From NCBI GenBank assembly GCA_000503915.1, contig CP006915.1, positions 390,001 to 422,000 of the forward strand: 32,000 bases of DNA, written 5' to 3'. Made by a program: the position numbers and the translations under genes. Source of the stretch: Candidatus Saccharimonadota bacterium. Its GTDB lineage: Bacteria > Patescibacteriota > Saccharimonadia > Saccharimonadales > Saccharimonadaceae. Below the pieces are notes generated by a model. The model made no database searches. It was given only the letters and a program-made list of their open reading frames with translations, and was not told the DNA's origin. This document shows, one piece after another, positions 8,119 to 16,105 of this stretch (positions are counted from its first letter, which is position 1; each line of letters begins with the position of its first letter).

Positions 8119-9369
8119 TTAGGGCTTATTATTTTGCTTTTGTAGTAGATAAATAACCACACCCACTACCATAACAGAACTACCTGCAACGACTGACATC
8201 ACTGGAAGCGTAAATGCCAAAACCAAACAGCTAATGAAACCGAGTACCGCTAGACCTTTACTAAAAAAACGCTCACTTGGTTTTAGAGTGAAGGCGGCCA
8301 TATTTGTAATTGTGTAATACAAAAGCACGGTGAATGAGCTAAAGCCAATCGCAGAACGAATATCAACTAGTAATACAACGGCAGCAATTATCAGACCAAC
8401 TGTTATCTCGGCAAGATGCGGTACTTTATTGACTTTATGGACACGAGCCAAGTAACTTGGTAATTTGTGGTCGTCTGCCATCGCAAACATCGTGCGGCTC
8501 ACTCCCGTCATAAGGGATAAAAGTACGCCTAACGTCGCAAATGTAGAGCCGACTTTTATAAGCCACTGCCAGTCGTCAAAACCCGCTTGCTGCACGGCGG
8601 TTACAAGTGGCGCATTGGATTGCGATAGTGTTTCTGACCCAACTAGGAGTAGCGCAGATAACACCACTGCTGTGTAGATAATCAGGGTCAAAATCAAACC
8701 AATCATAATTGCACGAGGGATAGATTTTTCGGGGTCTTTCACTTCTTCGCCAAGCGTTGCTATTCGGGAGTATCCAGCAAATGCAAAGAACCATATACCA
8801 GCCGATTGCAAAATACCGTACAGTCCGCTCTGTCCCAATAAGGGCTGTAGGTTGCTCAAACTTGGTTTACCGCTCAAAATCAATGCCACAATCGCTAGTA
8901 GCGACAGTAATACTATAGCGACAATAACTTTAGTAGCGTTGGCAGTTTTCTTGACTCCTAGATAATTTACAATCATAAAAACAATAACTGCCGCTGCCGC
9001 TAAGTACCGTGCGTAATCAGGCGACAGATAATATCCGAACGTCAAAGCGACTGCCGCACAACTTGCCAACTTACCAAAGATAAAGCCCCATCCAGCGAGC
9101 CATGCCCAAAAATCATTGAGCCGTTCTTTAGCATATACATATGTACCACCCGATGCTGGATATAGTCGAGCTAGTTGAGCAGAGGAGCTAGCGTTGAAAA
9201 AAGCTACAAACGCCGCAATAGCTAAGCCAATGATAAGTCCAGCTTGGGCCACACTTGCAGCAGGCCCTAAAGCGGTAAAAATACCAGCCCCAATCATTGA
9301 ACCAAGTCCGATAAAAACTGCATCTTTCGTTTTGAGCGTACGGGATAGTCTGTTTATTTTAGTAGTCAT
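8119..9369 (-). CDS. APC-superfamily amino acid permease
   Basis: 416 aa, about 12 TM. N-terminal 'DAVFIGLGSMIGAGIFTALGPAA' is the typical APC signature. GC is noticeably higher than in neighbouring genes. Confidence 0.85.
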   Translation of the reverse strand: MTTKINRLSRTLKTKDAVFIGLGSMIGAGIFTALGPAASVAQAGLIIGLAIAAFVAFFNASSSAQLARLYPASGGTYVYAKERLNDFWAWLAGWGFIFGKLASCAAVALTFGYYLSPDYARYLAAAAVIVFMIVNYLGVKKTANATKVIVAIVLLSLLAIVALILSGKPSLSNLQPLLGQSGLYGILQSAGIWFFAFAGYSRIATLGEEVKDPEKSIPRAIMIGLILTLIIYTAVVLSALLLVGSETLSQSNAPLVTAVQQAGFDDWQWLIKVGSTFATLGVLLSLMTGVSRTMFAMADDHKLPSYLARVHKVNKVPHLAEITVGLIIAAVVLLVDIRSAIGFSSFTVLLYYTITNMAAFTLKPSERFFSKGLAVLGFISCLVLAFTLPVMSVVAGSSVMVVGVVIYLLQKQNNKP

Positions 9370-9607
9370 CAGTTTCTAGTATAAACCATCGAACAACTAG
9401 CTTAAAAGAGAACTTGATAAGTTGAACGCATTTTTGAAGAACAGAAAATTAGCTAATATTGCATCGAAGAAAACAGTGAATTGAAACCGACGGGTCAATA
9501 TACGAAGTAGCTGAACCTAAATCAGGAACATTCGAAGGATTCGACAGCACGGGTAATTGCTCGGAGCATAAAGCAGATAAACTACTGTAGATACAAAAAA
9601 TTACTTT

Positions 9608-9685
9608 TTACCTTGTTAGATTTATTTTGAGGCGGTCAATGTATTTGTCAGAATAGCCTCGATTGCCAGAATCGGTGGGCGGCAT
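9608..9685 (-). CDS. Micro-ORF (25 aa) MPPTDSGNRGYSDKYIDRLKINLTR, paralog of 7061-7171
   Basis: Hand-found inside repeat copy 2. It has the same promoter-like block upstream and lies 238 nt upstream of the permease start on the same strand. Confidence 0.35.
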   Translation of the reverse strand: MPPTDSGNRGYSDKYIDRLKINLTR

Positions 9686-9731
9686 AGCAAGTTTTATCTC
9701 AAAAGGTAGTTGTGTTAGAAACTCACTATGC
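9648..9731. repeat. 84-bp direct repeat, copy 2
   Basis: See copy 1. Confidence 0.8.
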
Positions 9732-9828
9732 CAATAGTAAGACTCATTTTTCTTATTATACCAGAGGTAGCGACGATATAACGAATATATGTCTTCCGAA
9801 CCGTTTATGCTATTATTACTAGTAAGTT

Positions 9829-10368
9829 ATGGCCAAGCTGATTAAACAATCAAGGCGTACATTCCATCTCAGGCGGTGGCTAATAGTTCTTGGCGTAGTG
9901 CTCCTCGCTGGGGCAGGTGTTTTTGGATACAGTCAGTGGTCAAATTATCAGGCCGAACAAAAAGCAGCAGAGAAAAAGGCAGCCGATGAGCGTGCTACCA
10001 AAGTAGCGATAGATACGGAAAATACGCGGCAACTCAAGGAGCTTGAGCAACAGAAGCCGGCTGCGGATGCCTCGGCAGAGCAAAAACGAAACTACCTGAC
10101 TCAACTGGCGGATACACAAATACGCCTCGGACAGTATGATCAGGCGCTGGCCGCGTTTAAGCAGCTTGAGAAAACGGTAGCTCTCGATGCTATGAGCTGT
10201 GTTGAGTTGGTCGACGGCGCGTACGCCTATGCTAAGCAAGGCGATAAAGCTACGGCCAATACCTTATTTGCGCAGGCCGAGAAAGCAGCCAAAGAGCAAA
10301 CATCTGACCCAATAGATTACCAGCTATACATTGACTATATCAACGAAAAACGCGGGGGAGTGCTGTAA
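9829..10368 (+). CDS. Membrane-anchored coiled-coil/TPR-like protein
   Basis: N-terminal TM 'WLIVLGVVLLAGAGVFGY', a charged coil, then TPR-like 'LGQYDQALAAFKQLEK' and 'YAYAKQGDKATANTLFAQAEK'. Its stop TAA is immediately followed by the ATG of the 999-aa gene. Confidence 0.6.
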   Translation: MAKLIKQSRRTFHLRRWLIVLGVVLLAGAGVFGYSQWSNYQAEQKAAEKKAADERATKVAIDTENTRQLKELEQQKPAADASAEQKRNYLTQLADTQIRLGQYDQALAAFKQLEKTVALDAMSCVELVDGAYAYAKQGDKATANTLFAQAEKAAKEQTSDPIDYQLYIDYINEKRGGVL

Positions 10369-13368
10369 ATGACGGCTGATTACGTGCGAAGGTGGGAACG
10401 CTTTAGTGTTATCTTTGGTCTCACGCTTTTATCGAGTACTTTAATCATTCTATTCGGACTCTCGCCTTCGGTGGGAGCCGTTAATCTTACTAATCAGTCG
10501 CCGACCAACGGGAACTATATCTATCAGGACAATACAAGCCGGGATGATATGGCGAAGCACTTGTTGATTGCCAGTGAGCATGGTGACGTTGAAGAAGTGC
10601 GTCTTGGTATGTATTCAACCTCTGGTAGCCCGAAGACAATTAGTATCTATAACGCAGGTGAAGGCGATGGTGGGCTATGTCGAGCGTATGGCACAGCTGC
10701 CCGTCCGCTAACGAGCGATTTTATCGAAGTACGGATATCTGAGGCAGGCAATCAGAGCAACAATGAGGTATACCGGATAAAGGGGAAAGACGTCTGTAAC
10801 TCTTCGATGGCGCACAATACACCAGACTCGACTAGCCCGAAGTTTTATGGCACATATCGCGGGCCGCGTTTGACTGAAGAAGATCCCGACACTGGTCTTT
10901 ACTACCTAAAGATAGCTATTAGATATGTGAGTCCAGACACGCTAGTACGGAATATTGGAAGTGGTCAGATCAGCACTTTTAAGGTCGTTGGACCGACCGA
11001 CTCGTTAATCGGTAACATCGATACTGGAGGTGGCGGTCTGAATAATTCAACCTTGGCTAAAGAGGTCGGTAGGGCCGGGCCAGTGACCCATAAGTTTGCC
11101 TTTGCTCTTCCGTGTAGGATAACGGATAAGCAAAATAAGGATGTTTCTGTCTATGACTCGGACAATGGCTTGCAAGCAGGGCCACCAGTTAAGTTCTATA
11201 TTGCTTGGATCGATAAAGATAACAACAATAAACCGGTAGCTCTCACACCCTCCGAGTATGTAGACTACAATCGGTACCCTCGCTATAACCCGGATAATCC
11301 TAATGCGCTCGGCTATCGGGGGGCATTTGCTGATGATATTGGCTCTATTGCAGCGTTTCGGCCAAGGAATGGTACTACCGCTACAGCGACAGCCAAGATT
11401 AAGAATATGGATCCAGATAAAAAGTATGTCCTGATCATCAAGAATGTCTGGGGTACAGGGACGAGTGGAGGTGCTAGTAACTTCATCTACGTCGGCTTGC
11501 CAGGCGACAGTATCTATGGAGCGGAAAACTTCCAATGCCCGGGCTGGGAGTTGAGCCCAAAAACCGTCAATAACGCGACACAAGTAAAATCAGGCCAGCA
11601 GGCAAAGTGGCGGCACGACGTCATAAACCTCGGTGCTGATACGACTGACAAAGCGGTATCATGGAAAGTCCGCCAATTCTTTAGGTCGGGCGGCACTGAC
11701 AGTCCAAAGACAACCGCGGCTCAGGGGACGATTGCGAGTGGAGGAAGTGTGGGAACAATATTGACGAGACGCACTGCTTACACAGCAAAGGATGTTGACG
11801 TGGGCAAGAAGGTCTGTCAGGAAATCGGTGTTAAGCCGTGGAAACGCAAGGGTAATGGAGACGGTGGCCTACTCAATAGGTGGGAGTATTCTGAGCCAAA
11901 ATGTATCCCAATCGGTAATGTTGGTGACTTTACCCCTTATGCCGACGTTGCTCCCGATGCGGCTGAGCCGCAAAGTGAGTATAACTGGAGCGCTGGGGTA
12001 AGCGATGGAAGAATCGATGTGACAACGTGGCCCGGTCCACCTGCAGAGAAGCAATTTAAATCTTCGCGTATTACCTGGCAGGTACATAAGATTGTCTATC
12101 CGGCTACCGTGACGAGCACGTACAGTGGTGGCGACAGTGCGTTCGCCTGCCCAGCGGGAGCAACCTGCACCCAGGAGAGTTCTCCGCCAGGGCATGCCCG
12201 CAAGGAGCCGAATGGTAATGTCAACATATCACGGACAGGTGTGCTCGGTGACTTGGCGGCCGGTTCACGGGTATGCTATGTTTCATCGGTCTATCTTCCC
12301 CCGGAAACAAGACCTAAATCACGAAGAGAACTGTGGTATCGGGTGCCTGTATACGAAACTGGTGACGAAAACGGCAACGGCATCGAAGGCGAGCTTCTGC
12401 GCTACAGGAAGGTGTACCACTGGGTTGAGTACCAAAAATATGACTACAGTACGCGTAAATGGCGTCATAGCGATGCTGCCTGTATTGTTGTCGCGAAACG
12501 TCCACGTGTGCAGATCCGAGGTAATGACTTGGTCGCTCAAGGCGCCGTGACTTCAGGGACGAGCAGTTATGCAGATGGCAAGACGTACGGTAGCTTTGGC
12601 GAGTATGCGGTTCTCTCCGGCGGGTTGAATGGCTTCGTTGGCTCTGGGGCACCATATACCAACGGTAGTAACGGATCAATGCCCAGCTGGTCGCGACTGA
12701 CGTTTGCCAATACCGACGCTGGGAGCAACCAGTATGGTAAGTTTGGCCTTATACCGAGTGCTCCGAGGATAGCTGAATACTACCAGGCACGACTTGGTAG
12801 CGCACAAAACTGGGGAGGTGGGGCTTTGACTGGTAAAAGCGGCCTCTATGTCGCCAACGGTGACGTAACACTCCCTAATAGTAACAATATTCACAGTACA
12901 GTCATTTTATACGTCAAAGGCAAACTGACGATCGATGGGTCGATTACTTATCAGAATGGTACCTATGATACCGATAGCCGCTTACCTCAAGTTATTCTGA
13001 TCGCCGACACTATCAACATCAAAAACAGCACGACCCAGATAGATAGTTGGCTAGTAACCGCTGCAAGGGGCGAGGATGATGACGGGCAGACGGGTGCTGG
13101 GAGTATCAATACCTGCTCGGATGTTTCACTGACAGCAAAGCTGACCAACGCTGTGTGTGACAATCCCTTGACTGTAAATGGCCCAGTTATCACCACCTCC
13201 CTGCACCTGCGACGTACCGCTGGAGCACGCAACGAGGATGCTAAAGGCGAACCTGCTGAGATATTCAATCTCCGTCCCGACGCCTACGTATGGGCATACC
13301 GAGAGGTACAGGCTGATAATCGTGCCGCGCAAACTGTGGATATCCTGGAATTGCCGCCACGTTTTTAA
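10369..13368 (+). CDS. Large (999 aa) secreted/surface protein of unknown function; candidate pilus-associated adhesin
   Basis: N-terminal signal/anchor 'FSVIFGLTLLSSTLIILFGLSPSVGA'. 12 Cys by my count. G/S/T/N-rich, with beta-rich repeats such as 'GLYVANGDVTLPNSNN...VILYVKGKLTIDGSITY...VILIADTINIKNSTTQIDSWLV'. No prepilin motif and no LPXTG. Heads the pilus operon. Confidence 0.7.
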   Translation: MTADYVRRWERFSVIFGLTLLSSTLIILFGLSPSVGAVNLTNQSPTNGNYIYQDNTSRDDMAKHLLIASEHGDVEEVRLGMYSTSGSPKTISIYNAGEGDGGLCRAYGTAARPLTSDFIEVRISEAGNQSNNEVYRIKGKDVCNSSMAHNTPDSTSPKFYGTYRGPRLTEEDPDTGLYYLKIAIRYVSPDTLVRNIGSGQISTFKVVGPTDSLIGNIDTGGGGLNNSTLAKEVGRAGPVTHKFAFALPCRITDKQNKDVSVYDSDNGLQAGPPVKFYIAWIDKDNNNKPVALTPSEYVDYNRYPRYNPDNPNALGYRGAFADDIGSIAAFRPRNGTTATATAKIKNMDPDKKYVLIIKNVWGTGTSGGASNFIYVGLPGDSIYGAENFQCPGWELSPKTVNNATQVKSGQQAKWRHDVINLGADTTDKAVSWKVRQFFRSGGTDSPKTTAAQGTIASGGSVGTILTRRTAYTAKDVDVGKKVCQEIGVKPWKRKGNGDGGLLNRWEYSEPKCIPIGNVGDFTPYADVAPDAAEPQSEYNWSAGVSDGRIDVTTWPGPPAEKQFKSSRITWQVHKIVYPATVTSTYSGGDSAFACPAGATCTQESSPPGHARKEPNGNVNISRTGVLGDLAAGSRVCYVSSVYLPPETRPKSRRELWYRVPVYETGDENGNGIEGELLRYRKVYHWVEYQKYDYSTRKWRHSDAACIVVAKRPRVQIRGNDLVAQGAVTSGTSSYADGKTYGSFGEYAVLSGGLNGFVGSGAPYTNGSNGSMPSWSRLTFANTDAGSNQYGKFGLIPSAPRIAEYYQARLGSAQNWGGGALTGKSGLYVANGDVTLPNSNNIHSTVILYVKGKLTIDGSITYQNGTYDTDSRLPQVILIADTINIKNSTTQIDSWLVTAARGEDDDGQTGAGSINTCSDVSLTAKLTNAVCDNPLTVNGPVITTSLHLRRTAGARNEDAKGEPAEIFNLRPDAYVWAYREVQADNRAAQTVDILELPPRF

Positions 13369-13420
13369 AGGTGTAAAGCGCTTGCTCCACTCATAGCGCT
13401 TATGTATAATGAGGGGTATT

Positions 13421-14467
13421 ATGGCATTACTAAAAGGCGTGGGCGACTTCTTTGCACTCGATATTGGTACGAACGCAGTGCGAGTCGTACAACTCCATGC
13501 CATTGGGCAGGATGCCTGGGAACTGGCACATTACGGCTACGCACCAGTGGACATGAAGGTAACGGCGGGTGACTCACCCGAAACGCGTCGCCGCTTAGGT
13601 GAAGTAATTATGACGGCGATAGGGCAAAGTGGCGTCAAGACGCGCGACGTTGCTATTGGGCTACCATCGCAAAAGACCTTCACAACCGTCATCGATGTAC
13701 CAACGATGAGTGAAGCAGAGCTACGTAACACGATTAAATACCAGATTGACCAGTATATTCCGATGGCGATGGATGAGGCAAAGGTCGACTGGAAGCTACT
13801 CGGACAGTCGCTGCACGATCCCAAGCAACAAGAAGTACTACTGACTAGTACATCGGTCAAGTTTGCCGAAGATCAGCTCGAATTTATTGAAAATCTTGGT
13901 TTGAACGTGATTGCCGCCGAGCCAGATCCGATGGCGATGATTCGCTCGCTTCTGCCGAGTGGCGTAGCCGACGCTCGGCTGTTACTCGATATGGGCGAAC
14001 AGTCGACTGATATTGCGATTACTTTTGGCGATGCTCCACGACTGGTACGCACCATACCAGTCGGGCTTTCAACCCTCCTCAAATCGGTCGTACAAAACCT
14101 TAACGTTCAGGAAGACCAGGCGAGGCAATTCGTATTGAAATTTGGGCTGGCACCTGATCGTCTCGATGGCCAGGTACTACGCTCACTCGAGGCAACGCTC
14201 GACAATTTTACAAGTGAGCTGACAAAATCAGTCAAATTCTTTCAGACGCGCTATCCCAATACACCGGTAGGAGGTATCTTGCTGGCGGGGTTTGGCGGGA
14301 GTATTCCGCGCTTTGGCGAATATATTGCCGCCAAAACCGGTGTTCGTGCGGAAATTGCTAACCCCTGGCAGAAGGTACGGGTTTCACAGGCTGACCAACA
14401 GAATCTGCTGCCAGTAATGCATGAGTTTGCGACGGTGGTCGGGCTAGCGCAGCGGAGGAATAGCTAG
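13421..14467 (+). CDS. pilM: Type IV pilus assembly protein PilM (actin-like ATPase fold)
   Basis: 'FFALDIGTNAVRVVQL' is the PilM/FtsA-like N-terminal phosphate-1 motif. Position is directly before pilN. ATG 13421 follows GAGGGG; the ORF-track start is 13409. Confidence 0.85.
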   Translation: MALLKGVGDFFALDIGTNAVRVVQLHAIGQDAWELAHYGYAPVDMKVTAGDSPETRRRLGEVIMTAIGQSGVKTRDVAIGLPSQKTFTTVIDVPTMSEAELRNTIKYQIDQYIPMAMDEAKVDWKLLGQSLHDPKQQEVLLTSTSVKFAEDQLEFIENLGLNVIAAEPDPMAMIRSLLPSGVADARLLLDMGEQSTDIAITFGDAPRLVRTIPVGLSTLLKSVVQNLNVQEDQARQFVLKFGLAPDRLDGQVLRSLEATLDNFTSELTKSVKFFQTRYPNTPVGGILLAGFGGSIPRFGEYIAAKTGVRAEIANPWQKVRVSQADQQNLLPVMHEFATVVGLAQRRNS

Positions 14468-15193
14468 ATGATTGAGATCAATCTCATCCCTGACGTCAAG
14501 CTTGAGCTTCTGAGAGCGCGTAAGCTACGCAATAACGTTATCTCGGCATGTATTGTTATTACGATCGCCGCTGTCGGTATCGTTGTACTACTCGGACTGT
14601 ATAACTATGGCGCTTTAGCGATAGCGGATGCCAGCGCCGACCGGTCGATCAACGAACAGAGTGCGAAGCTCAAGAAGGTTCCTGATCTCGCAAAAACACT
14701 GACGCTGCAGCAACAGCTGGCGTCGCTGACCGAAATGCACAATAATAAGCTTATCTCCTCGCGTCTTTTTGACATTGCGACGACGATAATCCCCGACTCA
14801 CCGAATGACGTGACGATCTCACGACTAACGCTTGATACCGAAAGCACGATGATCACGATCGAAGGCCAGGCCAAAAATGGCTACGAAGCACTAGAGGTCT
14901 TTAAGAAAACAATCGAGGAGACCAAGTTCGACTACGGTCAGGCTGGCATACGCCAGGAGCCGATCAATATCGCGCTAGAGGTTACCGACGGTGACCGTAG
15001 CTACGGTGAGGATTCAAACGGCGAGAAGACGCTCCGTTTCACAATGCAATTCACGTATCCTTTGGAGTTGTTTGCTCGTACGTCGCAGCAAGGCAAGATC
15101 GTCGCACCGAACAAATATAACGCCACTGATTCGGTACTCGGTGTGCCAAAAAGTCTCTTTAGCACTGCCAACCCAACGGGAGGAGAGAATTAA
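14468..15193 (+). CDS. pilN: Type IV pilus assembly protein PilN
   Basis: 'MIEINLIPD' N-terminus followed by a single TM is typical of PilN. Adjacent to pilM (TAG then ATG). Confidence 0.75.
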   Translation: MIEINLIPDVKLELLRARKLRNNVISACIVITIAAVGIVVLLGLYNYGALAIADASADRSINEQSAKLKKVPDLAKTLTLQQQLASLTEMHNNKLISSRLFDIATTIIPDSPNDVTISRLTLDTESTMITIEGQAKNGYEALEVFKKTIEETKFDYGQAGIRQEPINIALEVTDGDRSYGEDSNGEKTLRFTMQFTYPLELFARTSQQGKIVAPNKYNATDSVLGVPKSLFSTANPTGGEN

Positions 15194-15879
15194 TGCCGAA
15201 AAATACCAAAGGAATCAGGAAGTACCAGCAGATCCAACACGCCAACCGGACGATGTTTATCTGGGTGGCGGTTGCTTCGGCACTGGTTGGAGCGGCGCTA
15301 GTACTCTCGTTTACTTTATTTGGACAAATTATGTTTAAGCAAAAGGTGATTGGTGAGAAAAACACCACGGTTCAGACGCTAAAAAAGAATAACGAAGTAG
15401 TGACTGACCTAAATGATAATATTCGTCTCCTTGAGAGCAACCAGGCACTTGGTGAGACGCCGCAACCGGAAGACAGTAAGGCGCTTGCCGTGATCCTCGA
15501 TGCTCTGCCGTCGCAGGCGAACTCTTCGGCGCTCGGGGCTTCCTTGCAGCAGAAATTACTGAATGTGCCTGGCGTGACGGTCGAATCATTGAATGTGACA
15601 CCGATTGCCGGTGTAGAAAATAGCGGTGAAGACACAACGGCGGATAGCAGCGCTGGTGACAACACGATATCTTTCCAATTTTCGGTCAGTGTCAAATCAG
15701 GAGAGGGTAGCTTGCTCAAGCAAGTACTGCAGAACCTGGAGAAATCGATCCGCGCTATTAACGTCCAGTCGGTTGAAGTCCAAACAAGTAGCGAAAAAAT
15801 TACCATGAATGTCAAAGCAGCTGCGTATTACCAGCCTGAAGCAACAATTGAACTAAGCACAAAGGCGGTGCAGCCATGA
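15193..15879 (+). CDS. pilO: PilO-like pilus assembly protein
   Basis: Single N-terminal TM plus coiled segment. Position after pilN with a TAATG overlap. No strong motif. Confidence 0.55.
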   Translation: MPKNTKGIRKYQQIQHANRTMFIWVAVASALVGAALVLSFTLFGQIMFKQKVIGEKNTTVQTLKKNNEVVTDLNDNIRLLESNQALGETPQPEDSKALAVILDALPSQANSSALGASLQQKLLNVPGVTVESLNVTPIAGVENSGEDTTADSSAGDNTISFQFSVSVKSGEGSLLKQVLQNLEKSIRAINVQSVEVQTSSEKITMNVKAAAYYQPEATIELSTKAVQP

Positions 15880-16097
15880 AGAAAACCGATATAGCCATGA
15901 TTACCCTGATCGCGTCGTTGAGCGTAATTGCCGCCTACAGTATTGTTAGTATTATTCCCGGTCTCAGCCCCTCACAAGAATCGGTTAGGGTAAAGACTAT
16001 CGACGAATATACAGCCAAGGTCAGCCAGCCGGATCCGACTATTTTTAATAGCGACGCTATCAACCCGACGGTCAACGTAACGGTCGGTAAACAGTAG
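15876..16097 (+). CDS. Small single-pass membrane protein (73 aa) within the pilus operon
   Basis: ATGA overlap with the pilO-like gene. TM 'IAMITLIASLSVIAAYSIVSII'. Confidence 0.5.
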   Translation: MKKTDIAMITLIASLSVIAAYSIVSIIPGLSPSQESVRVKTIDEYTAKVSQPDPTIFNSDAINPTVNVTVGKQ

Positions 16098-16105
16098 GGG
16101 GATCA

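Noticed and set aside
13369-13420. Xer dif-like site in 'ttatgtataatgaggggtattatgg'
   Set aside because: It shows only a loose AT-rich palindromic resemblance and does not match the dif consensus arms I know. It is more simply a -10-like sequence/SD region in front of pilM.
11047-15815. Many minus-strand ORFs (for example 11047-11583, 12314-12679, 13126-13503, 15372-15815) inside the pilus-locus genes
   Set aside because: They are antisense to long, motif-supported + strand genes in GC-richer DNA. Their Arg/Ser/Cys-rich, low-complexity translations are typical of shadow ORFs.
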